64,000 nt of DNA from the human T2T-CHM13v2.0 reference genome, Homo sapiens (GCF_009914755.1 NC_060928.1), one strand, 5' to 3'; counted from the first letter of the stretch, positions 14,035-31,741 are shown. Numbers and translations are program-made. The notes: generated from the letters alone by a model not told the origin.

Positions 14035-14190
14035 TGGGCATGACTCAAGTTCAAATCTTTTCTCCAGTAGGGTATTTATTAGCCATGTGACTTTAGGTAC
14101 ATCACTTCTCCTGAGCCCCCGTTTACTCACACGTAAAACTGGAGAAATAGGAACCACCTCACAGGCCTTGTTGAGCTGAAACATTTGAGT
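14035..14190 (+). mobile_element. MIR fragment
   Basis: gccatgtgacttta...ctgagcc...gtaaaactgg...cctcacagg. Confidence 0.7.
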
Positions 14191-14194
14191 TTAA

Positions 14195-14390
14195 CTGGCG
14201 CCTCCTGACGCTGGTTCAGTTTGCTCATCATTGGTGCGCGCTGTGTCCCGTGAGCCTGCGCTCCGCCCTCGGGCCCTTCCGGGCCGCTTGCTTTTCATCT
14301 TCCCTGTGGGACTCGCCCAGAGACGCCTTCACGCAGCTCCGCGTCATCTGTGATTCTGTAGCTTCGGGGATCCTCTTGTAAACTGTAAGG
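14195..14390. promoter_or_regulatory. CpG-rich promoter/enhancer-like patch
   Basis: Local GC/CpG enrichment with a CRE half site tgacg(14206), attgg(14230), GC box ccgccc(14263) and ETS cttccgg(14276). Confidence 0.55.
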
Positions 14391-16199
14391 GTGTTTTAGA
14401 TGTCTATCATTTATTTTTATTTTCTGTTTAGAAGGAAATGACATACAAAAAACTATGGTTTGCATTTCACTTATTTATACATGGATCCATTTCCTTGCCC
14501 AACACACTGATATTAAATTTTTATGGGAGTAAAAAAAAAAAAAAAAAAAACAACTAGCTATGAAGAAAGTCCAAAGATATTGAGACGAATACGGAAATAT
14601 TTATTGAGCATTGCATTGATATTAATTGGGACTTCAAAACATATCGACAAAAAGAACCTCCTCACAGCTTCCACACGAAAGCGGGCCTATCTGCCAAACG
14701 CTTCCAGTGTTTGTGGGTGGCTGCGTGCAGATTGCTTTAGTTAATAGGGAATTTAGTGCAGTGAAGGAGGGAAAAAAGACATTTCGGTAAATCTTTTGTT
14801 CTTACTGATTCTAGAACAAGCTGCAGCAAGCCCTACCAGTCGTCTCCAAGCCTGGACGTATACTTGGCTAGGACAGAGAATCACTTCCTCGCCTTCCCTT
14901 AGTCACCCGCCGAGGGGGCTGTGGGGTTAGCTCAGAGGGCCTAGTTTAAGGAAAGGAGCTCAGAATCCGTTGCCGTCCATTCTTGTGGACTCAATACCAA
15001 CAAGATCTGCTCTCTGGACACAACGCTTCTCATGGGGAGTTCATGACACTGGTGCCTCTTCAATCCATTTTGCCCCTAGAGAGTAGACTACTAAATAAAA
15101 CTCTCTAGATTCTATAAAAATCGAAGCCTTATAAAAAATAATGGTTGTTTACAAACACCTTCTTACTCCTATTGAACAAACACTCCTGTGCAGGTCTGAT
15201 GTTTCAACAATTTTGAAGGCTACAAACTAGTCTCTGGGTCCCTACCCTTTATTATTATTATTTTATTTACCCGCTACCTACTCCAGGGCACACAACCCCC
15301 ATTCCACCACCCTACAGCCCCCGTGTGTCTGTGTTCACCACTGCTGTTAAATGCTGGCTCCTGGGTGCACGCTGAATCCAGCGGTGTGTAACCTAATTTG
15401 AATTTTAAAGTCAAAGGGGATCTGAGATACTCAAGTATCATGCATGAGGTTGGAATTGTGAAATGGAGGGTTTTTCCGTTTGTTGCTGGCATGTGAAGCA
15501 CTAGCAAGCTGGTATGAGAAAGCATTTTATACTGGGATGGAGCGGAGGAGGGGTGGGAAAATAGGATCTTCTGACTAATGAAATGACTAAATACAGATTT
15601 TCTAAACGTTGGAATGCATGGTTGGATGAACTGAATTGTTCTGAGGAGATGATGGAATTGAATGAAAACTTAGGATTGATGTTTTTTTGAAAATGCAGAA
15701 TGCATGGTGCTGGAATGTGACATACCCAGGTTTGTCCCATCATCATTCCAAAAGGCACCACTGCAAACGATGTGAGTTCCTTCTTCCCTACATTATACAT
15801 CTGGTTTCTTTCTCCCCATCTTCCCTTCTCGACAACTTCTATCAGCTTTGGCCACACACTCATCCAGAACTAAAACAACGCAAGCACTGAAGTACATTTT
15901 CTTGGTTGTAAAGAAAAGCTTGTTCTGAATTTGGCACAGTGACCTCCATATGTGCTACCTTTATTCATACATTCTATGTATAATACTAATCATATATTGT
16001 GTGTTATAAGAAAAGGCTTTCTTTGAGATCTCCACCTGAAACCGATTGTAAAATATTACGTCATATTCAAGTGCATTCCCCTTGGGTATACCCATGCCTT
16101 GCAGGGCCTCAGATTCAGCAAGTGACAGAGATAGAGATTTGTTTCTCTAATTGTCCGTTCACGGGTTGAGGCAATAACAACAACACTAACCAAATAAAA

Positions 16200-16400
16200 G
16201 CTAGCAGTGTTGAAGGCTTTCCAGATAGCAGGCATTGTGCTAAGCACTTTATATGGATGAATTTATTTAATCCGCATGACATTTAATCTGCATGACAATC
16301 CCAGAGGGATGGTACTAATAGTCTACTCATAAGAGATATGCACTGAAGCCTGTGCCAGTCTTAAACTTGCCTAGGAAGGTGCCAGATTATGTGTTGGGTC
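16200..16400 (-). mobile_element. MIR with an internal 16-bp tandem duplication (16265-16296)
   Basis: ggcattgtgctaagcacttta...; atttaatc(c/t)gcatgac x2. Confidence 0.7.
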
Positions 16401-16752
16401 TTTGCCTGAGTCCAAGAACAGTTTCTAGGCAACCAAATGCCAATGTCAGTCCTCATAGGGATCCTTACCAAAGTTTGACCCAGGGGCCTGAGGCCAGCAT
16501 GGATTTGCCAGAGAGTTGATTAAATCCTATTCATGGGAGCTGAACACTTCCTTTATTAAGAATAATGGATTAAAGCAAGAAAACAAGGAAAGTTAAATTA
16601 GATCTAAAAGTCTCATAAAATAAATAATGAGCATGAACCATTGAAGGCCAAACATGTCATAATTAATACTAAATAAGTATTGGCAACACATTTCTGAAGT
16701 ATGCTTTGTTTTAGTATCCACCTTAATTGATTCAATTTAGCACTTCACTTAA

Positions 16753-17060
<308 letters not shown>

Positions 17061-18515
17061 TTAATTTCTAAAATAAGAAGTGAATTGATGTGCTGAGGAC
17101 TTGTTCTAATGATTGTTTTCACTTAGCTTTTTGCTATTAAAAGCTAACCCATTAAACAAAGTATTTAGTGAAGAGCATGAACTACAGATTTTATCATAAA
17201 CTGAACTGCCTGAATTTCCTTATGCATTTGAAAACTGTACTGCTGCTGTAAAAGCTATGTGTTTTGACCTTGGCTAATCTGGTCTCTACTTGCACAACTT
17301 TGCTCAGTAGGAGAATTCAGCCTTGGTTAGTGAGGCGTATGGATTTAGGTGATGGCTCACAGACTTTGACTCAGATGATTGAGCAGATACAGGTGCAATT
17401 CAGAATTATGGATTGAAGTGAGCAAGGATTTGTTAAAAACTTTCAAACTTCGAAGGTGAAGATTTGGCTTTCACTCATCATTGCTAAATAACAAATTTCT
17501 CCTTAGCAAAAACATATTGAGTGATAATTTTGGTTGATATCTATCACCAGCCTCGCCTCACCTTCTACCTGTCCAAAAGTCCTTTGAAGTCTGCAAAGTA
17601 AAAAAAAAAATGAAGAAAAACTGGCCAATTGTGAATCATTATTTAATTATTCATGAGGTATATAGAGTATGTCAAAGAAAGAGATTAAAAATGTTTGCTG
17701 TATTCTGCCTGAGAGACAAGTATTATCCTGGGGGAATATTTGTCATCAGATAGAGAATATAAAACAGCAGGAGTCATATATTGTGGAGCACGGAAAGGAA
17801 AGGGAGGTAAATTTTGTCTCTTATGGACTGAGCGACACTTGGAGACATGCCATCAAACAGAGGGCTAGCAAATGTCACATAGAACCCGAAGATCACAGTG
17901 GATTATTAGCATCTGCCCTTTTGGATTGTTCCCTGACATCCGCAATGTTTGCAAAGGCAAAACTTCTACTTGCAGGTGAACATGAAACTCCCACTGTTTA
18001 AGTTTAGGGCATTATAAATATTACAAGGTCTACTTTAACAAGAATAAGATATGGTACAAGGAGCTAATCTTGGTAGCACCCACTGAGAGGCTAGCCTACA
18101 TTTTGACTTTAGCAAACTTGCTAGCATTGGGTCGTGGAGAAATGAAATAGGGTTAGTGTTCTAATCTTAATAACTATTTTAATAATAGTGATGACCTGCA
18201 CTAATTGGGTGCTCACTATGTTTCAAGTAGGAGTGTAGCAGTAGAAGGGTCTATGGACCTGGACATTGTGGAACCTCCTATAAAGAGTCTGGGAGACCAG
18301 AAAATAAAGTATAAAAAATAATAGCATGGAGCAACTTGACTCCCAGCCTGCTTATAGGAAGCAAGAGGTCTAACTATTTCAACTATGTCACAAATTTTCA
18401 TAGGGTAGTTACAGATTATAATGTGTTTCAAAAGAAAAGAAAGTTTTGAAATCCAAAATAATTGCATATTGACTTAATCACTAATCTTGATTAAAATTTC
18501 ATTTAAACTGTGCTA

Positions 18516-18860
<345 letters not shown>

Positions 18861-19252
18861 ACAAACTATGTGATTTCCATTTCAGGTATGGTCCCACTCT
18901 CTCTGTGTGATTTGTAAACAATAAGCTTCTGAGTACTGATAATTTGATGTTGATGGGCTGAACAAAATTAGCATTTTGGTCCCTAATTAGAAAAATGAAC
19001 ACCTGCAAGAAGGAGAATGGAAATGAATTGTTAGATTCTCATTTCCAGAGAATATAATTGTTTAGGGGAGAAAAATATCCAAAGGTAATGGTTACGAATC
19101 AATGTTTGGTAGGTTCTGAATTGTTTTTGAATCTTATCTTTAGGGTATTATCTGAATGAGTGTTCTTTTTAAAACAAGTAATGGTAAAAATAAAAATACT
19201 GAAAAACTTTCAGCCCAGGCAGAGAGGGAGGGGCTTTCATTTTGTCACAGTA

Positions 19253-19527
19253 TTTTTTTGTTTTTTGTTTTGGGACAGGGTCTTGCTCTGTCGCCCAGGC
19301 TAGAGAGCACTGGTGTGATCATAGCTCATTGTAGCCTTGACCTCCTGGGCTCAAACGATCCTCCTGTCTCAGCCTCCTACCATCATGTCTGGCTACTTTT
19401 TTTTTTTTTTGGTAGATACAGGGTCTCACTATGTTGCCCAGCCTGGTCTAGAACTAAGTTCAAGCAATCCTCTTGTCTCGGTTTCCCAAAGTGCCGGGAT
19501 TATGGGTTTGAGCCACCATGCCTGGTT
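19253..19527 (-). mobile_element. Alu (J-type), internally deleted
   Basis: Diverged dimer lacking the gagtagctgggact segment. Confidence 0.88.
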
Positions 19528-21105
19528 GCAGCATTTTAAAACAGCCTAGATGTATTCTCTTAATCAAGTAGAGGAAGAAAGGGTGCCATTAGAAAAAGAG
19601 GCATCAACGCAGAGGTCCGTAATTATTATGAAATGGCTCTCCCTCAAAACTTAGCAGAAAAAAAATTACAAGCAGTAATCACTTGTAAATTATTTATGTT
19701 TTCTAATGTGCTCTAACTTTCCATTTCTGTGCTTATAAACTTTGCTTTTACAATCCGTTTGTGTTTGTGACTGAGTTACAGAATAATGAATAGATATTAT
19801 TGTGCAAGTGGCGTGGACTATCATAAGCTATCCTTTGGTTATTGTTGGCATGCTACGACGTTTTTAAGAAAGGGGGAAAAGTCTCAGTGGATAAAGTTGT
19901 ACGTGTTTGATGTCCTGTTGTTGCCTAGGGCTTTAGCAACCCTGAGTGTGCCCAGTTGCCAGCACATTTGGATTCCTGAGGGGTTCTTAGCAGTGGCTAG
20001 TGGTAGTCATTGCATCTGCCAACTTTCTGAAAGCGGATGTGGCCGGTGAATGTGGGTGCGGCCAGTGAATGTGGGTGTGGCTGATCTGGCCATGGCTCTG
20101 CCTCAGATCTCCAATCATGCAGACAGATGTGCCTGAGGCATCGATCGAGGAGGGGGCTGCAAAAAGGAGCTGCAAATGTTGGTGTTTTTATGTAGTTTAT
20201 GTTCCATTCCATCTCACCCCATGTAAGCCAGGAGAGAGGGCCGTTTCCTACTCTCGTAAATTTAAGTTCTTTTCCTTTTAGAAAAAGAACATATTTTGAG
20301 CTACCTTTTATGTAGCTGGTGCAGATATTTTAAAAAATGTAATATACCAGAAGCAGTATTTTTCCTGGTATTAATGATTAGTATGAATCACTACATGATT
20401 GAGGGAACACCATAGCCTGTTTATTCATCTTGGAGACTGTCAGGGCTGAACTGGGCTAATCATGTTTGCTTTTTGCAGCCCCGTGGTGTGGTTAGCCTTT
20501 TGTCTTCCTTGTAATGTGCTAGGGTTTGCTTGCGGCCTGTGTCCCGTCCTCCCTGCAGACAGCTGAATGACAGGCCTTCACCAGCGCTCTCTGTATGCCC
20601 TGCACTGTAACCTGATTGGCCAGGAGCCTAATGGGAAATGGCCTTCAACCTCTGCACCTACGTTCATGAAAAGCCATTGCTCTTACATAATCAAAGTGCT
20701 CAGGCTCTCGCTGATGAATCCAGAGACTAACCACGTAATCTAGAAGAAATTCATCTTTGTCCCCAAGGCTCCCAGCATTTGGCAATTATTGAACAGGTGG
20801 TAGATACTTCCTCTGTTGACAGGAACAAAAGGCAAAGGGCCTGCCTAGGAGGTTGAGGAGCTATTAAGGAATACTGCCCCAGGACAACTCTCTAGCAGCA
20901 GCAGTGAAAGAGCAGGAAGACCCTTGCTAAATCAGTGACTGGGAACACTCGCATTTACCATCCCAGAGATCAGATCCTGTTAGGGAGCAGCTAGCAGGAT
21001 TCCAGCTTATCTGGTCCTTTCTCACCCGGCTACTGCCTTGATTCTTACCCGCTACCCTGTGGGGAGGGGTGGCGGGGTGGGTTGGCTGATATGATCTTAG
21101 AGTTA

Positions 21106-21530
<425 letters not shown>

Positions 21531-21920
21531 CTATTGTTCACCTAATGGTTTAGGGATATTTGAGAGGCCAACTTTTATTGTACATAGACTTGAATCATTA
21601 AATGGTAGTGTTAGAACTAGAAAACCAGAGACAATTCAATCACTTTAGCTTTAGTTCCTGACCAGAAAAGTCACTTGGCCTGGCAATCCGCATGAGTTTT
21701 GCTGTTGTTTTTGCTAAGAAGCCTGTGGTGACAGCACCACGCAGGTCATCTCACTTAATCCGATAGATCTTATTCATCAGGAATAAATAAAGGATCTTAT
21801 TTATTCCCATTTACAAATGTGGCACCCGAGAAAAAACTTTGACTTTCTCTTGTGTAAAGGCCCATGCTCCTTCCACTACTGTGAAGGCTCTTGTCTTGAA
21901 TGAGGGAGACGATAAGATAG

Positions 21921-22245
<325 letters not shown>

Positions 22246-22734
22246 TGTTTTTTCTTTAAAATTATCCAGATTTTTATTTTAATCTGGTTCCGTCTACAGA
22301 AAAATATGATCTGCTGCCCTCATTTTCTCCTCCCCACTCCCCATAGATCCACTGCGCAGAGCTAGTCCCCGCGTTAGGGGGCCTCCACTTCAGGAATGTT
22401 ACTCCTCGCAATCTCGTATTTGCAGCATTTTCATGGCTGTTTCTCAGCAGAACTCGACTCCTAAAATGAATTACATAGCCAGCTTACGGTCCTTCGAAAG
22501 CTATACATGTGCTAAAATTAATATGTAAGAAGGTGATTATATAGAAACTTAGCTGATGCTATTGGATGGGATTAATATTGCAGAATGTTTCTTGTTCCCT
22601 CAAAATTTGTTCTCCCCTTTGTTTACAGTAATCCAGCTTAGCCAAAGGGCAGCCTGGCCTCACTGGGGCCACATTTCCCATCAGCTGCCAGCCAGGTTTG
22701 ATCACGTGACTGTGTTCTTACTCTTGGGATGTGA

Positions 22735-24812
<2,078 letters not shown>

Positions 24813-24915
24813 AAAGAAATTGCTTGCCCTCCAATTCTGGTCTTATTTCTTCCTGAAACCTGGATCATGGATGTGGCACTGATTCAATGAGGTAGGCAAA
24901 GAGAATGCCCTAAGG

Positions 24916-26776
24916 CAGCAGTTCTCAATTTGCCATCCCCTGGATCCCTAGGGACCCCGGGGCAGTTTCAGTGGGTCTGAATTGTCAGAGCCACTTCAAT
25001 AATTGTACTAAGTAGTTGTTGGCCTTTTTCACTGGGTTGACCTTTGTGCTGATGTTGGCAATGCTGATTCCTTGAGTCAAGGTAGTGACACCGAGTAGTC
25101 CCTGAATTCTTCACTGCTGTACACCCACAGAAGAAAAGTGCCAGTTGCACTTAGAAATATCCTTGATGAAGCTGTAACAATGATTGATATTATGAAACCC
25201 AGAACTTTGAGTACCTGGCTTTAAGCAGTATGTGTAAACATATAAGGAGTATGCATAAAACCGTCATGCATATGAAGCATAAGGATTGTTTGGAAGAGAA
25301 GTGCTTGTGCAACTCTTTGAGCTGAGAACTGAACCATTCTTTTTTTTTTTTTTTTTTTTTGTAACACCATTTTACTTGCAAAAACAACTGATAGACAAAT
25401 CCTGGTTATTCAGACTTGGGGACTTGGCAGACATTTCCTTGGAAATGAGCGATGGAAGCCTGTTGCTTCAAGGAAAATAACTGATGGTGTTTGTTGCCAG
25501 AGATAGAATTCAAGCTCTATCAAAAGGAAATCAGAACTGGAAAACCTGTATCTGCTGTTATGAGCTTGATAGCTTCCCAATGCTCCATTTAAAGACTTCT
25601 CTGATGCGATTGGTGTTACTATTAATGAATTTTTAAAACATTGTGTAATACATTTTCTAAATTCCGAAGGTATGTGCAATTCATGGGGAAGAGACACATT
25701 CAAGTTGCAACATAAACCAATTTTCCTGTGACAGAATGTGAGAAGTTCATGAATATTGTTTCAGATAATACATTGCAACCAACCTTTAAAAACCTACCTC
25801 TTGTTAAGTTTTGGTGTGGTATTAAATACCATGCATATCTACATTATCTGATAAGTCTTCTAAAATGCTTCTCCATTTTACAGATATGTGACTGTAGGAA
25901 GATAGATTTTTTTTGTATAATTAACCACAATAACACATCAGGATGGACTGAATACAGAAGTAAGTATGAGAATTCAGCTGTCTTTTATTAATCCAGTCAT
26001 GGAAGACATTTGCAAAATATAAAACAATGTCACTCCTCTTACTATAGTCTGTGCTTTGGAAAATATAGTTTTTTTTTTCATAAACATCTGTTTTAGTCAT
26101 GTTAACATTAATGGCTTAATTAATGTTTGTGGTAAGCTGAGCAATGCCCCCCCCCCACCACCAAGGACATCCTCTTCCTCATCACTGGAAACTGTAAATA
26201 TGTTATTTCATATGGCAAGAGGGATTTTGTAAATGTAATAAAGTTAAGGATCTTGAGGGAGAAGATATTCTGGTTTATCCAAGTAGGCACAATGTAATCA
26301 GCATGATCCTTACAAGAAGGAGACAGGAATGTCAGAAGCAAAAAGAAAAAAAAAAGGGGGAAGTAAGAAAGAGCGGGAGACTGAGGGATAAGAATGTGCT
26401 TTGAAGATTGAAGAGGTCATAATCCAAGTAATACAGGAAGCTTCTGGAAGCTGAGAAAGGCAGGGAAACCGACTCTCCTCTGCAGCCTCCAGAAGGAATT
26501 CAACCCTGCTGATGCCTCAGCTTTAGAGACCTGACCTCCAGAACTCTAAGCAAATCATGTTGTGTTGCTTTGAGCTCCCAAGGTTGTGGTAATTAGTTAT
26601 GACAGAAATAGGAACTGAGTATAATGTTGTATTTTAAAGAGTCAAATAAATGCTTTAGTTTTCATTTTGACTGGATGAATACTGGTAGATATAACACATA
26701 CAAACAAAAGTTCTGTGGAGTCCTCAGTAGTTTTTTAAAGTGTGAATTCTGAGACCAAAAAGTTTGAGAATTGTTG
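24916..26776 (+). mobile_element. Charlie1-type hAT DNA transposon with transposase remnants
   Basis: TIRs cagcagttctcaa/ttgagaattgttg. 8-bp TSD ccctaagg/ctctaaga. Peptide WLFRLGDLADISLEMSDGSLLLQGK resembles Charlie/Buster transposase. Confidence 0.88.
26128..26623 (+). mobile_element. MLT1C/D solo LTR nested in Charlie
   Basis: tgtggtaagctga...ggaactgagtata. 5-bp TSD atgtt at 26123 and 26624. Confidence 0.88.
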
Positions 26777-28411
26777 CTCTAAGAAATGGTAGAGCGAGAT
26801 GGAAGAAACATAAGTCTCTGAATGAGTTCCCAAGCTCAACTGTCTTGCCAGGGTAGACTATGCCCATCTTCTGGACTGTTATGTGTGTGAGAAATAAACC
26901 TCCGTCTTATTTAAACAACTGCGTTTAGGGTTTCTTTTTACAGCAACCCAACCTGTACCTAACTAACACAATCAACTAATGCTATCCTTAGATTCTCTTC
27001 TGAGATTAGAAGCCCACTTTAAAACCATTTTCTTAATTGATTTAATGAAGACATAAAAATCCCATTGGATTTTTAATGAAAAAGGGCCAAAATAAAATTA
27101 GTAATAGTTTTAGGAAAATTTATCTTTTTCCAATTAAACCTTTCTTCTTACTAATATTGAGATGGTCTTTTTCTGCCTTAAAGGGCAAAATGGCTTTAAT
27201 AGGATTTTCTTAGTCCTTAGAGTACATGAGAATTTTTTTAGTGATTACTGGTGTGATCTCTTGCTGTTAACTCTTCTGTGAATTCTTGCCACTGGATCTA
27301 TCAGGAAATTGAAATCATTTTGAGGAATTAAAATAATTATCCTTCTGATTTTGCCTTTTAATGTAGTTTTATTTTTTATTTTTAAAATTTCTAATGACTT
27401 GACAAGGTAGGTTCAGAAGATACCATTTCCATTTGACCAGTGAGGATATGCCAGGAATCCAGAAAGCGTAAGAGACTTGACTGAAATGATATATCTATTT
27501 TCTGGCAGGGCCAGACCAAAAACCAATTTTATATGCATCCACTAAAAGAGCACATTTTTGTTGACAACATGCAACTGGTTCATTTCAGAACATTGGGTAG
27601 GTTATTAACTGGTAACTGTTTAAATTAGAAATAACTGGTTCTCCAATCTATGTAAATAGCTTTTTGAAATGTGTAACCTCATTCCTATCAACTTTCCAAG
27701 ACATGTTATGGGCCGTGAATATAAGTAATAATCATTAGGATCACAATTTAAGCACATTGGCGAATAGTGCTATCATGTTCTTTACTGTGCCGTTTACCTA
27801 AGACATGACTCAGGGTCCAGGAACAATAAGTGAACAATGCGAAGCCCAGAAACGTGACGTCAATGAAGTAAAAATAAGTTAGAAGACGTACACAGAGAGA
27901 CCACCAAGTCTGTATACATAAAAGGATGCAGTGAGAATAGACAAGATGTCACATCACAGGGCATGTCCTTTGTGAGAAAAAGCTGAAAAACGCAGAACAA
28001 CCATGTTTGACAGAACTTGCATATATTCACATCACACATGACGTTGTGATTATTTTCTTCTGACAGAAATAAGTTACATAAGTGAGACATCAAAAGGAGT
28101 GTGTAGCTTTGATCTCATTTCTAATTAATTGCACCCGGAGAAGATTCAGATCGCACAAGCGAGGGATAGTAAGTGTTACTTATGTAAATAATTAATAAGC
28201 ATCTATGATCTATTGGGCTTTAATCTGTCCTTCCAAAGTGGGGAATGTTATCTACAGTTCAGCCAGTAAGAAATAAACTTGTCATTTCACTCTCTTCTCC
28301 AGGCTTGTTTCTTTACAACTTGGAGATTTCCTCAAGAGTGAAAACACTTCTGTTATTTAATTTTGAATGTTCTAGAGCACGAGCCACAATTAAGTTTCCT
28401 TTTGAAGATAC

Positions 28412-28835
28412 TGTGGCAATGATGTTGTTGTTGTTGTTGTTCACTACCAATGTCTATTCTCTTCTTCTTCCTTAGACGTAGAACTTTAGTTGGGAAGGGG
28501 CTGCGCAGCAAGGGGCTACGTTTTCTTAGCTCCTGGCAATGAAGCTTGTTGCTTGTCCCTTGGACACACCAAAGAAATATAAATGGAGGGGATGTGTTTG
28601 TTTCTGCCTAACTTCCTTAAGAGGATATTTTTGTCCCTGGACAAATGAATGATGTCCAGAGCAACCCTGAAAACCATTGTTAAAGATGGAGGCGCTGTCG
28701 TCACCCTGGGTCCCCGAAACACTGTGTAGAGTAGAACTGACCTCTGACAAACCACGCTCACTTCAGACTGTAACTTGAAGGAGAAATAAACTCCTTTTTT
28801 CTTTATTAGGTGGGTGCTCTGCTACAGTTTGGCTT
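28412..28835 (+). mobile_element. Old MLT1 LTR
   Basis: tgtggca start and gagaaataaact near the 3' end. Confidence 0.6.
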
Positions 28836-29399
28836 GCTCATTCGTTGTTGAAGAAATTACATTGTATCAAGTAGGAGTTTTAAATTATTTCTGATCCTCA
28901 GCGATAATTTATAATACCTAATGAATCTATTCTGCTTCTGTGGAGTAGGTGAAATCTACCTATAGAATTGGATCGTGGTGACATACCACAATCTCTATTC
29001 AGTGTAAGATTGTGTTGAGAAGCGGAAAAATAAAAATTGGGCCATTCTGTACAAGCACCCTTAAATTCTCTCCCCATCAAAATTTCTCTTTAAATATATT
29101 CTTTCTATATTCTTTTCACCCAGAATCTTTACATTATGCCCTCAGCCACTGGCTCCGTTGGTTTTCCCTCCTCTGTCTTGGGTATCATATCCCCTTCCTT
29201 TGTCTTTTCTACTTAGCTCTCCCATGTATTCTAAAGCATCTTCATTTAGTTGTACCTCCATCTCAAACTACCACCTTATCTTGTTACTTTCCTTATTTTT
29301 CTCCTCCTTTATCCTATCTTATCTTTCCCAAAGTTTTAAAGCGTATTCAACCCTTCCCATTCCAGTTTCACACAATTAGTTTGCCAACCCCATCCTTAA

Positions 29400-29718
<319 letters not shown>

Positions 29719-29739
29719 ACAGGAACTTCTTTCCTTACT

Positions 29740-30880
29740 TATTAGCCGTAAATCCAATCATGTCTTTTTGAGTGTTATTCTTTTGGATGAATTCTGCAGC
29801 ACTGATGGCTCTTATCTTTTTCTTCTACTTCTGGGTTCTTCTTTTGTTCTACTTCTTTGACCATTCCTTCCTTCCTTTGACTAATCACCTGCAAGTGAAG
29901 TGACCATCTCTCCATTTCATTCCTGCCTGGCTCAACACATTTCTGTAATTCCTAAATCCTGTCTTTTAACTTCTTTTAACTCTCTTTCTCTTCCCTCCCT
30001 TGACTCTTATGTCTGCTACTATGCATTCTCTCATGGGGGTGGAACTGCATCCATTATGTATTTATGTTATATATTTATATGAATGCCCTACCAATACCTC
30101 AAGCTCACCATCCCCGAAATGGAAATTGCGTTCTTCTCACCCACACCACTTCTTACTCCACATATCTGTGGAGCAGGCTCTTCCACATTTCTGTTGATGC
30201 TGCCATTGGTTTCCTCACACCCAGGCTTGAAATTTTAGAATAAATTTTAACGAGTCTCCCTGTTTCCCTCTCAACAGTTGACCGTGTGCTATGCCTGTGG
30301 TCCTTTTGTCTTTTTGCTTCTACTTTGGAAATAATCCTCCTATCCATTCCTGTGTTTACCTTTCTCCCACTAACACTTCCAGGCAGGTCTTCATTCTTAT
30401 TTTTCCTGGGCTTTTGCCATATTCCTCTCATTTCTACATCATTCTTTCTTCAAACTCATTCATAAACCACTGTCATAGTAATTTTCCTATTGTCTGAATC
30501 TTAGTTTATTATTTTCCCAACCAAATAATCTCCAGAAGCTCCCTATTAACTTAGTAAAGTGAAGACACTTTTGCCTGATTTCAAAGACCCTTTGCATTGT
30601 CATTTCAAAATGCCTTTTAGCCCTCTTTTGCACAAGATATGGCATAATCCAGCCAAATTTGATCCCCTCGTCTTTCCCAAGTATGTCCTGTCCCCTGTCC
30701 TTTCCCTCCTGCATGCCTTTCCTTATGTGATTCTATTTGCTGGAATGTTATTGCCCTTGCCTCCACAGGACGAATTCTTACTCCATCTTCATGCTACCTC
30801 TTTCATCAGATGAAACATCACCCTGGTAAACACTACAGCAAATTGTCTGAATCACTCTCATATCACCCTTCAGTGCTTTC
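29740..30880. mobile_element. L2 fragments
   Basis: Long CT-rich degenerate L2-like tract. Confidence 0.55.
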
Positions 30881-30919
30881 TGAGTTAAATGTTATTTGGT
30901 GCAATAGAAACAACAGTAG

Positions 30920-31130
30920 TTGAAGTCTAATACTGCAATTACTGGCTCTAATCTGGGCTCTACCATTAAGTGAGCAGGTTATTTTACCTGCTGAGTCTTC
31001 ATTTCCTCCTTTATAAAATGGAGATAGTGATACCTGTTCTAGTTCAGAGGAATCTCAAAGAATCATATTAGATCAGGTATGTGGTGGAGTTTGGTGAATT
31101 GTTAAATACTTTACAAATACTCATTATTAT
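30920..31130 (+). mobile_element. MIR
   Basis: ctgagtcttcatttcctcctttataaaatggagatagt core. Confidence 0.7.
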
Positions 31131-31385
31131 GAGTATCACCCCAGATATATTTTTTCCTAAATATGTTTTAAGCTTCTTAGAAATAATAATAATGTGCTCA
31201 TTTTTTTCTTATTTGCTATAAGGATTACCAGAAAGAACTTGTAGATAGAACTTACTTAATAAGTATTTGCTGACCACCACGAACAAAACAACGTGATAAC
31301 CGAAAATTAAGGTAAAACCTGCCTATGTAATACTAAGCACATGAATGTAATAAAATAGAGTTATAAGAAATTTTACTTTTTATAA

Positions 31386-31741
<356 letters not shown>

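Noticed and set aside
14505-14555. ATTAAA followed by A21 as a retrocopy 3' end
   Set aside because: No TSD or recognisable parent sequence. It would more likely cause oligo-dT internal priming artefacts.
14923-14945. tRNA-like ggggttagctcagagg
   Set aside because: Only an A-box-like start, with no B box or cloverleaf following.
15501-15863. 120-aa non-repeat ORF (also 17669-18001 and 52686-53024)
   Set aside because: No recognisable domain or splice-consistent exon structure, and the lengths are compatible with chance.
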